Source: Octopus sinensis (taxonomy: Eukaryota). Taken from it: DNA of 64,000 nt. The stretch lies in the NCBI RefSeq assembly GCF_006345805.1, contig NC_043014.1, positions 44,516,001-44,580,000 of the forward strand. The letters run 5' to 3'. Within the stretch, counting starts at the first letter, position 1. Each line of letters opens with the position of its first letter. The notes under the pieces were generated by a model that worked only from the letters and a program-made list of their open reading frames with translations, did no database searches and had not been told where the DNA came from. Of this stretch, positions 53,173 through 64,000 are shown in pieces. Made by a program: the position numbers and the translations under genes.

Positions 53173-53654
53173 TTAACGATATATTGATGTTCTTGCAGAA
53201 TTTGATGAGGTGGGAGAATCTGTGGATGTCTGCTGAATACTGCTATAAGGCTGATAAACTGTTGACGATAAAGCAGTCTGTGTATTAGATTGTAATGTTG
53301 ACAAGTTCAAAGGGGGTATATCTTGGGGCCTATAAACTATAAAGGATGTGGGGGGTTGTTTCCGCTTTTTGCGATGGGATCGTACATGTCCGAGTAAGGA
53401 AGATTCCGAATCCACCCTACCAAAACTACCCTGATATGAAGAAGGGAACGAACTGCTGTAATGAGAACTATGTGTTGCTGATATAGCAGAGTAAGTCCTG
53501 TCTGTTGGAATTTCCCGCAGAGATTCAACAGATTCTGAATGAAAGCTGGTTCCTGGTCCAGAAGCTGGTATCTGTATGGGTGGAACTGACCTAAACATCA
53601 TAACTGGTGTCAAAGGTAGATCGTAACGACTGTGACCAGAAGCAACTCTTCGAT
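53173..53654 (-). CDS. Terminal exon of an unidentified gene (Ser/Thr/Pro-rich tail)
   Basis: Acceptor cctttctttaatttcag|. Open for 159 codons in non-repetitive sequence: (D)RRVASGHSRYDLPLTP...HRKKRKQPP...ARTSIYR-stop. Its phase matches exon 57236-57140. Confidence 0.8.
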
Positions 53655-53727
53655 CTGAAATTAAAGAAAGGGAAACCGTTATTAAAAACCAAAATAATAC
53701 ACACACATATCAGAAGATGAACACTAT

Positions 53728-54235
53728 TATTCATCATCATCATCATCTAACGTCCACCTTCCATGCTAGCATGGGTTGGACGATTTGACTGAGGTCTGGT
53801 GAACCAGACTCCAATCTTATCTGGCAGAGTTTCTACAGCTGGATGCCCTTCCTAACGCCAACCACTCCGAGAGTGTAGTGGGTGCTTTTACGTGCCACCG
53901 GCATGAGGGCCAGTTTGGTGGTACTGGCAACAGCCATGCCCAGATGGTGCTTTTTATGCGCCACCTGCACAGGCAACGTCATTTAACATCCATTTTCCAT
54001 GCTGGCATGGGTTGGACAGAGGCTGGCATGCCAGAGAACTGCACCAAGCTCCACTGTCTGTTTTGGTATGGTTTTTATGGCATTTTTATGGTGTTTTTTG
54101 CATTCCACCTGCACAGGAGCCAGTCCAGCAGCACTGGCAATGACCTCACTCAAATGTTTTTTCACGTGCCACCGGCACATGTGCCAGTAAGGCAACTCTG
54201 GTAACAATCATGCTCGAATGCTGCTCTTTACGTGA
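53728..54235 (-). mobile_element. (GAT)n-tailed retroposon 3' region (RTE-type SINE/LINE tail) with internal ~55-60-bp repeats
   Basis: CATCATC...TAACGTCC...TTCCATGCTAGCATGGGTTGGAC block shared with ~7432, 55805 and 62975. Confidence 0.7.
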
Positions 54236-55050
54236 CAATATTTAGTCATATGCTAATGCTATGTTTAACCTGGACTATAGTTCTCAAAAGTTCTTCATTC
54301 GAAGTGACCCACTGTTGCACGTATTCAGACCAGGTATCCAGTCCAAAGATAACCAAATACCTTGATACATGGAGGCCTTGCAAAAAGTCATAGATCTCAG
54401 ACAGTCCTTTCTTCTGAGAGTGAGCTATAAAAAGTGGTAATTCTTCTCATGTCCAATGAGCTCTTAAGATTCTAGCATAAATTGAAATTGAGCTTACTAA
54501 CATTAACCAGGCAGAACTGAATTAGAGAAAATAGTGCAACTTCAACATCAAGAAGTTTATTACTGTGAGGTACCAACCTGAAGAGTTAGTCAAAAACTAC
54601 CCCATCCTATTGACTGCAGCTCTGATCTGCATTTTATCTCAAACACAGTAATGAAAGCTGCATGCACAGATAAAGCTTATAAGTTCAGCTCAACTTTACA
54701 GCTGATTCTATATACATAGGACAGCTTCATACACAGATAGAGATTATAAGCCAACTTTGATGAAAAAGAGCATGAAAGACTATTCTAGGGATGTCACCAG
54801 TTGTTGTCAGCCTACACAGACACTTAAAATATTAAAAGTAGGAACCAGATCTCATCAAATCACACACATAACCATCTTAAAAATAAAGAAGGACACATTG
54901 TACAACAGTCCTAAATGTATTAAGATGACTGGAATGTGTTCTGATCAATTAGGGCTGACCTCAGGCTAAATAACAATAATATGAAAGAAGAATGTCGTTT
55001 TTGGATTTGGTTTGCAAGATTCTTTTTATGAGTTTGTGTGTTGAAGCATA

Positions 55051-55338
55051 TTCTGTTGTGTCTGGGGAGAGTCATTTTCTTTTTGTGCCTTATTATGTAA
55101 CACACTCACCGGTAAAATTTCCACTTTTTTCTTATTTTTATTTTCCTAAAATTTTCGTTGCATCTTGCAACCTTTTTAATAGACTTGACTCTCAACCTTT
55201 TCAAGACTATTAAAAAGGTTGCAAGACGCAACGAAAATTTTAGGAAAATAAAAATAAGAAAAAAGTGGAAATTTTACCGGTGAGTGTGTTACATTATAAG
55301 GCACAAAACGAAAATGACTCTCCCCAGACACAACAGAA
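55051..55338. mobile_element. Fold-back element (family F), ~138-bp arms with a 12-nt loop
   Basis: 55051-55188 is the reverse complement of 55201-55338 with few mismatches. Confidence 0.85.
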
Positions 55339-55804
55339 AGAAGAATTAAAAAATTTTTTTTGATCAAAAGATAAGGCTTTAGTTATTTAGGAGATCATTT
55401 AACTCTGCTAAACAACTCATAGGTCTCTAATTAAAAATATTGATATTTTTTCAGTCAATTTATTGCGTATCAGTTGCTTTTCTCCCATATTTTCTTATAA
55501 TATTTCCTGGCAACAGTTCCAAATATAAATTGTTATTATAACAAATGAACAGATGCCAGTAGCATTTATTGTTCTTAGGGCTCAAATCTATTTAAATGTT
55601 CTCTAGCCTACATTGTATTCAGCATCCACCAAACAATACATTTTCATTTGATAGCAGAAAAATGAAGTTTTTCAAGAATTTCCACCAGCTGCTTTCATAC
55701 CTAGTTTACTGGTCAATCTACCATGTAGACATTATTCAAAACTGTCTCAATGTAGGAGAGATAAGTATAACACATTAAAACATGGAGCAAGAGATTCAAA
55801 TTCT

Positions 55805-56168
55805 AAATATATCATCATCATCATCATCACCGTTTAACGTCCGTTTTCCATGCTAGCATGGGTTGGATGGTTCAACTGGGGTCTGGGAAGCCAGAAGGCT
55901 GCGCCAGGCCCAGTCTGATCTAGCAGTGTTTCTACAGCTGGATGCCCTTCCTAACGCCAACCACTCCATGAGTGTAGTAGGTGCTTTTTACGAGCCACCT
56001 GCACAGGTGCCAGACGAGGCTGGCAAACGGCGATGATCGGATGGTGCTTTTTATGTGTCACCGGCACGGGGCAAGACAAGGCTGGCAACGGCCACAATCG
56101 GATGGTGCATTTTACGTGCCACCGGCATGGAGGCCAGTCAAGGCAGTGCTGGCAATGGCCACGTTCGG
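55805..56168 (-). mobile_element. (GAT)n-tailed retroposon 3' region, same family as 53728-54235
   Basis: Shared block plus repeated GGATGGTGC...TTA(C/T)GTG(C/T)CACCGGCA units. Confidence 0.7.
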
Positions 56169-56546
56169 ATAGTTCTCCGATATATACTATTTATTCCAAA
56201 GAGATATTCATATAACAATTTTGGAAATTAGAGCAAAATAAACCTGGTAGCAAATTTGTATTTATAAGCTAATCAGTGGAAATGGGACTGACAAAGTGCC
56301 CATGTCTTTTGCATACCCTCCAACATTATTTGGTGGGCATCCAATAGAGAAGCTCCTGCTCAAAGGCTCAAAAGTTTTGGGGGGAGTACAGAAAATTTCC
56401 AAGGTTTCAATGAAAACTAATCTCATTCTACAAAAAAAATCTCTCTTTAAGGTGGGCACAAAACCAAAAACAACAAACTTTTAGCTTATTTGGTTAAGCC
56501 TAGTTGGTCACTAAACTCACCCCATCCTCACCAGCCTCTACACACA

Positions 56547-56990
56547 CATCCTCATCATCATCATTGTTCGACCGTGGTCGAGACAATGGAATTTACCATG
56601 CTACGCCAGACTTCACGGTCCATCATAGCATTATGGAGATCCTGTTGCTGGATGCCTGTATCCCTGGAGATTACATCAGGGTAGGAGAGTGTGCGCTCTC
56701 TGGTATTGCGAGTAGATGGCTTCCAGAGGAGAAGAGTAGAAATTGCCTCGTATTCAGCTCTACAGCAATGTCCAGCAAACTGGACTCTCCTACCTTTCAC
56801 AAGAGATGACACAGGTGGTAGTTTCCCATATATTTGCACTTTGGTTGGATGGCGCTTCCACGAGAGATTTTGAGCTCTCATAAGGAGGCGAGTGTAGGTT
56901 CCATCCAACCGCCTCTCAAGCTTCTTTGGTAACATCCAGGTTTCTGAGCCATATAGTAGAATTGGTTCGACTGTGGCTTTGAAGATTTCA
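56547..56990 (-). mobile_element. RTE-X-like LINE 3' end with (GAT)n tail
   Basis: ORF 56561-56935 reads LERRLDGTYTRLLMRAQNLSW...RRVQFAGHCCR...AMMDREVWR. Confidence 0.85.
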
Positions 56991-57139
56991 AGTTTTTTTT
57001 GTTTTATCGCCTACACACACATACACACACACAGTGTTTGAGACTGGTATGAACAAAGGCAATAATAAGACAACAATAAAGAAATACGTTTACAGCCATC
57101 AAAACCAAAAGGATGATTGATATAAGAAATGTTGTTTAC

Positions 57140-57236
57140 CTCTAGTCATGGCAAAAAGTTCCCGCTCTGTTACTGAATGTGAGATTTTTCGATCTTTCTT
57201 TCGTTTCCTTCTCTTTTTCACAGGGTCTTTGTCAAG
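57140..57236 (-). CDS. Penultimate exon of the unidentified minus-strand gene (basic NLS-like)
   Basis: Acceptor tttgtctttattag| and donor GAG|gtaaac. 97 nt, phase 0 to 1: LDKDPVKKRRKRKKDRKISHSVTERELFAMTR(D). Not in the supplied ORF track. Confidence 0.8.
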
Positions 57237-58017
57237 CTAATAAAGACAAATGAAAGAGATTTTCAAAAACAGTTACATACAGAAAAGAAAAACAAATCCC
57301 TTATTTTATTTTTCTAGTTTAAATTTGATTACAAAGTATAAGAGCAGGAGGGAGCTCCACCTGAACACTCCCGGTTGCTCTTCTAAAATCTGAGTAATCA
57401 TGAAGCCCTTCTAAAGCAAAAAAACCTGTTCTGCACTGGCTCCCTTCTCTCATCTCCCTAATATGAACTGTCCCTACCTCAGAGCTCATAATCTTACAAG
57501 CCGCTTGGTGACCTCACTAACATTGGTAGCACAAAAAAAGCATCCTGTACATGCTACAAAGTGGCCCCTTTGGGCAAGTATCTTCTGCAAAAGCCTCAGG
57601 CTGGCCAAAGACTTGTGAGTGGATTTGCTAGACTGAAAGCGTGCCATATGTTCTTCTACTCTTTTACTTGTTTCAGTCATTTGACTGTGGCCACGCTGGA
57701 GCACTGCTTTTAGTTGAACAAATGAACCCCAGGACTTATTCTTTGTAAGCCTAGTACTTATTCTATCAGTCTCATTTGCTGAACAGCTAAGTTATGGGGA
57801 TGTAAACACACCAACATCAGTTGTCAAGTGATTGTGGGGGGATAAACACAGACACACACACACACACACACACACAAACAAACATATATACATGACATGC
57901 TTCTTTCAGTTTCCTTTTACCAAATCCACTCACAAGGCTTTGGTTGGCCCAAGGCTATAGTAGAAAGAAAGAAAGAAAGAAAGAGAAGCAGTATGTAAAA
58001 GGGGAATAGATACTTAC

Positions 58018-58114
58018 CCTAGCTGAAGAAACTTGTTTAGAATCTTTATCCCTACATGATAATTTATCAACGGAAACATCATCCCCAGGGTGCCTAGGAA
58101 CAGTTGAACGGATT
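58018..58114 (-). CDS. Internal exon of the unidentified minus-strand gene
   Basis: Acceptor gtttgtattttccag| and donor AGG|gtaagt. 97 nt, phase 2 to 0: IRSTVPRHPGDDVSVDKLSCRDKDSKQVSSAR. Confidence 0.75.
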
Positions 58115-58451
58115 CTGGAAAATACAAACAATAGATAAATTGATTGACTTAAATTAATTAAGGCGATGAACTTAAACCAGTTATTAAAATAGTTGTACAT
58201 GCATTCTGTAACATCTACACAATGTGTATGTGTGTGTATATATATATATGTATATATATGTATATATATATACATATATATATTTCAGACAGAGTAAATA
58301 TTTACAATGTAATTCAACTACATCTCTTACAATAAAACTGTCTGCTTATCTTGAACAGTTTAGCTCAGCTAATGTATTCAAATGCCCTGCTAAGCAATTA
58401 TCATTTCCCCCTGTATCTTACTCCATCCCTTTTTAATATCTACCCACCCCC

Positions 58452-58818
58452 CATGACGCCATGGTGATCTCATTCTCGCTCACAACATCATAAGCGGAAA
58501 GTGTAACCTCTCGAAAGAGCTGCTCTTCACCCCTGCTCCAGAGCGTTGGCTGCAGGGTCACTCCGAAAAGCTCTATCTGTGACGATTTTATCTCAATCGA
58601 AGGAGAAGGGTTTTCTCCGTCCGGGTTGCGGATCTGTGGAATAAGCTGCCGGACGAGATAATGAAGATGCCGACGATTGCTCGGTTCAAAGTCTCTCTTG
58701 ACCAGAAATGGCCTGAACTCTTTGCATGAACACTCTCCCTGTACATAGCTCCATGTGCCCCTACATGGCCTTGCTTTTGGCTTTTTGAGCCAAAAAATTA
58801 ACTTAACTTAACTTAATT
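58452..58818 (+). mobile_element. CR1-clade LINE 3' end with (AACTT)n tail
   Basis: RHGDLILAHNIISGK...LQGHSEKLYL*RFYLNRRRRVFSVRVADLWNKLP...FKVSLD is the CR1 ORF2 C-terminus; tail TTAACTTAACTTAACTT. Confidence 0.85.
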
Positions 58819-59206
58819 AATCACTGTTCTTTGATACTAAACGAGAAATCTCTTATCTCTTTTCACACTTCCTCAATACTAGTGAATGGAGAAAGAGGAT
58901 TTGAACATATTGACCTGATACTGATGATCACCAATCTCAGTATAAGAAACAATAGACATGTGGAGATGGTGGTAGTAGTTGTAATAGTAATAATAATATA
59001 CTAGTAATAACTGTAGCTATAAGAATGCTTTTTTCTTCTTTTATTCTAATAGCTTCTTTCCTTGAACTGCTGCTCTCTGGAACTCATTACCATCATCTTG
59101 TTTGCCTCTGGTCATTGATATTCAATCCTTTAAGCTTTCTGATAATCAAAATCTCATGAATTTGTAGGCCCCTTCTTTTCCATTTTTGTAGTCCTTTATG
59201 TTATGT

Positions 59207-59393
59207 GAAGGCGCATGGCTCAGTGGTTAGAGTGTCGAGCTTACGATCGTGAGGTTGTGAGCTCGAATCCCGCACTGGGCTGCGTGTCGTGTTCTTGAGC
59301 AAGACACTTTATTTCACGTTTCTCCAGTTCATTCAGCTGTAGAAATGAATTGCGATGTCACAGGTGCCAAGCTGTATTGGTCCCTTTTACCTT
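59207..59393 (+). mobile_element. tRNA-derived SINE, same family as 1-377
   Basis: A-box TGGCTCAGTGG and B-box-like GCTCGAATCC. Confidence 0.75.
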
Positions 59394-62300
59394 CATTATA
59401 TCACACTTAATCCCTCACTAAGCATTATCCCCAGATATTTCATATGAAGTGTTGGAACATTGGAGAAAGATAAAGATATAAAAAAAAGGAGAAGCAAGCA
59501 TTTATTGCTGATCATTCAATATAACTAGAAAAAACCAAGTCAAATGAAAAAAATGTTTAATCTTAATATTTATAAAAATAACAAGAAATAAAATTACAAA
59601 TAAATTTCTTTCATGCCTACAGTAGCTGTTAGCACAATATATCATTCACGTAAAATTTACACAAAAGATATTAGGTCCAAATTTGTCTGTATAATTTGGC
59701 CTACTCATGCAACTTAATCTCATATGACAACAAGATTTACATTTATCTAGCAAATGTAACACTGACACAATGCTTCTGCAGCTATAGACTGGAACCGTTA
59801 ACTCTTTGACAACAGGGTTTAACAGTAAACTAGGTTATTCATAAGTAGTAGCCCTTACACACTGCTGCTTGCAGCTGTAGACTGTTAATCTGAAACCATT
59901 AACTCACAGATAACATGGTTTACAGATAGATTAGCTGTATAGTAAAAAGGCATTTAATACCTTTACTGGTAGTGATGGACAGTGAAATGATAAATGCCGT
60001 AACAATACAGTTAGCAACCAATACTCAAATGTTGCCATCAGCTACAAACACTGGAAAACCTATTAGTATGCTAACAACAGGGTGTGTAGTTAGAAAAATA
60101 ATATTCTATTACTACACAACATTGCCAGTTGTCAGCTTGGTTCATAACTGGAGCTACGATAAGTGATGCCAGCAACGGCACATTTATAAAAGAAAAAAGG
60201 CACAGGACAAAATTGTTGTTAGCAAATTTTTCTAACTTCATTCTGTTCTCATTTCAATTAAAATTCTGTCAACACTTTTACAAATTTATCTTCTTAAACC
60301 TAACTGAAATTTCTTTTTATACTATTTCTCTTCAAGCTTTTATACAAACGTAAAATCCAGTCAGAATTCTGGCTATTTCTCGCTTCTTGCAAAGAGCTCT
60401 TGCTATATAACAAGACTCAGACTAATCTTCAATGTATATAAAAGAGCAAAGACATCTCTACCTTCTTTAGAAATTAGTTCAACTTCATTTCATACTCTTT
60501 TCATTTCAAGCTCATCTGTTTCCCTTGCAAATAAATAGTATAACATAATCATATTCTATCCAAGAAAAAGCCCTCGCAATAAAAATTTCAACCTTCAAAT
60601 AGTTCATCAGCTGATTCAAATGTTTCGACCAACCAATCCTTTGACCATTTGTCTTATGACAAGATCAAACATACCCCTTAATCAATAGTTCACACAAGAA
60701 TACAGTCCACAAAGACAGACTGGATTTGAAATGAAGAGAAATTAAATGAATCTGATAAATTTCCTTGATCAGCTCTCACTGAATCTCAAGAAATCAAATA
60801 TACTCGAATTTATGTCTTTAGATTTTGTTCTATGGTCACTCTTAAGATTCCAGCTCACATGTTAGGACCTAATTGCCATGGTGATGACCTACAAATTGGA
60901 CATAGTATCAGCAATTTGTGAGTCATTTCCAAATGCTTTGTTACATATTTTCTATATTAGTCAGAAGAGTTATTCCGTAACAATATATTCCAGATATCTT
61001 CTAGGCTTATTAAGCAGCCATCTTTAATGTTTTGTGGAGTTTTAACATTTCAACCTATTATGCTAATGTGCCCATCAAAAGCATGATGGAACAGTAGCCA
61101 TTTATTGTTAACACAGCTATTGTTTCCACAAAACATTTTCTTCAAAACATCTTGTTAAATAACCTTTAGTTTTGTTGAACAATAAAGTCAGTGAGAGCTA
61201 AAGCCATGTCTGTTTTTACAACTAATAATCTTGATGTTGTCATGTCAAATTTTGAAGATGATAAAGGAGAGAGGGAAAGTTGTGGCAGATATATTTTCCC
61301 AAAGTCATTACAAATGTAATTTAAGTCGCTTCTAATGAGAAGCGAAACTGGAATGCCTATCTTATTCACTGATAACTTACTGATGCATAGCATATTTGAT
61401 ACAGAGCCGTATACATATTATATTGAATAACTATGGTACTAGATAACTGACCCTGTGGTCAAAAATTAGAATTTAAAAAGGGTCATAAACACTAAAATGA
61501 GAGTGAGCAAGACCTACCTTACCCTAACAATTCTGTTGTAAGCTTCAATGACTATATCGCAGAAAGATATCAATAGGGTAGTTTTCCAAAAGGCTCATAC
61601 AAATGGAATCATTGAAAGAGCTTCTGTGGAGAACCCTGATCTGCTCAATAAAGCAGCTGACCCTTCTTCTAAAACTCCCTATTATCTTTAATATGGTCGT
61701 GGTTAGGGAGCTTGCTTCCTAGCTACATGGTTTCGGGTTCAGTCCCACTGCATGGCACTTTGGGTAGGTGTCTTCCACTATAGCCCCGAGTCGACCGAAG
61801 CTTTGTGATTGAATCCGGTAGGTGGAAGTTACTGGCGTGTATGTATATTTGCGTGTAGGTGCTCAGTGCCTCTCCAAAAGAGAGAGAGATAGAGAGAGAG
61901 AGAGGGTTAGTCATGCTTTTATGTCCTATATTTAGGGTCAGCATGCTTCACGATACGGTTATAGTTAGACAGATGATCAAATAAATATCAAAGTTCAACC
62001 AAAATGAACACATCAGATAGTTAATATCAGATGTCCAGGATCTTTGATTCCGTGGGTTGCTTCTGGGCATTTGATCGACTTCCTCTGTGCTGTAGGTCTT
62101 CTTGGTTGGAACTGATTGGGTCTGGCCAACAATAACACAACAATTCATGCAACTACGAAACAGATATTGATTAAACTGGTGGACAGTTTCTAAAAGGCAA
62201 TATAATTACTGAGCTGTTTATTGTCATGCAGTTGCGTTGTTTAATCATTCTGCGTGTGATTTAGTATTTTCCTTCTGCTTGTCGGTAAAATTAGTTTCTA

Positions 62301-62468
62301 TTAATATACTAAAATAAAACTATTACACGAGAGTTTTGTATCAACAATTTTTCTCATAAACAAAACAAACCCAATAGTTTCCCTTGTATCATGAGGTAAC
62401 TCGAGCAACCCAACGACATGAACAGCATCAATAAATCATGCAACTTTACTCATGCAACAACAACGATG

Positions 62469-62469
<1 letters not shown>

Positions 62470-62536
<67 letters not shown>

Positions 62537-62577
62537 TTTATCACATGCAGTAAAAGCACATGATAAAAATAAGACTA

Positions 62578-62624
<47 letters not shown>

Positions 62625-62632
62625 TAATAATA
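62470..62632. repeat. (TAA)n microsatellites
   Basis: Read directly. Confidence 0.9.
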
Positions 62633-64000
62633 TGTAAAATTGACAGTTATTATTAGAAAATTAAATTGAAAAATTATAAAATCCTTAAAAATATGAAGTG
62701 ATTGTAGGATTTTATGAAGAATATGGGATGAAGTGTTTATCGTTATCATTATATTTAGTGGTAGAAGGAAAATACTAAACTGTAGGTCCCTTTTAATTGA
62801 GAACCTTAACTGGATTGGATAAGGGATAAAGTTGTAAGGCCCACCATGTTAGCGCTGACTGTTCGGTCTGACTATGCTATCATCGCCAATGTTGTTATAC
62901 ACACAGCCTTTAAGGACTTGTGGTTAGTGATAATTTTGTGGAAGATAAATCACCTTTGAGTGAGGTGCCAACCTATCATCATCATCATCATTTAATGTCC
63001 ATTTTCCATGCTGGAATGGGTTAAACGGTTTGACTGAGGTCTGGAAAGCCAGCAGCTGCACTAGGCTCCAATCTGATCTGGCAACATTTCTACAGCTGGA
63101 TGCCCTCCCTAATGCCTATCTTAATTAATATTCCTAGAAGACCAAGTACCTATTCCTAATTGCTAAATGAAAAGATGGGCATAGAGTAAAGTGTACTGTC
63201 TATTACATTATGAAATTTGTTTTACATCTTTTTTTTTCCCATGCCTGTATGGGTTAGATGAATATATACTGTGGTGCTGTTTTTAACCTCAGTACATATA
63301 TTCTTCCTGTTGCTAACCCTTATTTGCTTATCGAATAATGGATTCTAAAAAAAAAAAATTAATTCTACTCATCTTCAAAAACACAGAACTACAAGCTGAT
63401 TTTTTAGGAAGGCAATGTTGACCAGCATCACCAATTTTTGTCCAATGCTTTGTACACAAGGACACAGGATTTAGACATCCACACAGAAATACATACAAGC
63501 AGTAAGTTTGAACTAAAGACCTTTAATCAGGCAGGCCACTAGCATATCTGATCAACCATTCTGCTTTTAATGTTTCTTTGGAAAAGAAATTATTTTCCAA
63601 TTTATGATCAAAGCGGTAACCCTTCCTAACTTCCAAATGAAGGACAAAAGCCTGATGCTTTCAATCCTTTACTCCCCATAGCAATTATATTATTGAACTC
63701 TTGTATGAAATCTCTTAGGGAATAATAATGTAATAGAAAGTACTGATTTGATAGGAAGTGAGAATAATGGCTACTAATGGGTGAGATACTGCATTATATT
63801 ATGTCTAAATCAAGCTCTAAACCTAATTAAGAAATTGCTATTTAAAGCAACACTGTAAATCTAATTAAGAAATTGCTAAGTTAGTAGTGAAGAATGGAAT
63901 TTAAGTTAATAGTAAAGAACAGAAATATGTTATTACAATGTATAGAAGTATTTTAGTGAATGAGTTTAACCACACCAAGGATTTCTAGCAATATGTAAAT

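Noticed and set aside
59640-61340. Coding-looking minus-strand stretch (possible pseudogene)
   Set aside because: The best frame has stops at roughly the rate expected for AT-rich random DNA, and I recognise no protein family.
61381-61452. Possible further exon of the minus-strand gene (ccacag| ... |gtaagt; GQLSSTIVIQYNMYTALYQICYAS)
   Set aside because: Phase 0/0 does not fit the phase-2 start of exon 58114; the alternative phase-compatible acceptor has a poor pyrimidine tract.

Overview
AT-rich, repeat-dense eukaryotic (animal) genomic DNA with GT-AG introns. The microsatellite load and SINE types suggest a cephalopod such as Octopus; this is an inference, not a database match. Two protein-coding genes converge on a ~43-kb gap. 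(1) On + are the last four exons (2519-2761, 4456-4591, 7097-7281, 10194-10399) of a glycoside hydrolase family 1 gene (lactase/cytosolic beta-glucosidase/myrosinase-like), with an atypical nucleophile motif TETG. (2) On - are the last three exons (58114-58018, 57236-57140, 53654-53173) of an unidentified gene with basic NLS-like tracts and a Ser-rich tail. The remainder is tRNA-derived SINEs, LINE fragments (RTE, CR1/L2, R4/Dong), TTAA-flanked piggyBac-like MITEs in tandem arrays, non-autonomous Helitrons and very long microsatellites. The most unusual signal is a recurring class of short fold-back (palindromic) elements, mostly embedded in (TA)n. Several carry type I hammerhead-ribozyme motifs (CUGANGA...GAAAC...GUA) on both arms in opposite orientation (16.5 kb, 18.8 kb, 30.5 kb; decayed at 22.5 and 45.4 kb; a single copy at 21.3 kb). 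They are probably Penelope-like retroelement termini. None of the long six-frame ORFs in microsatellites is a credible gene.
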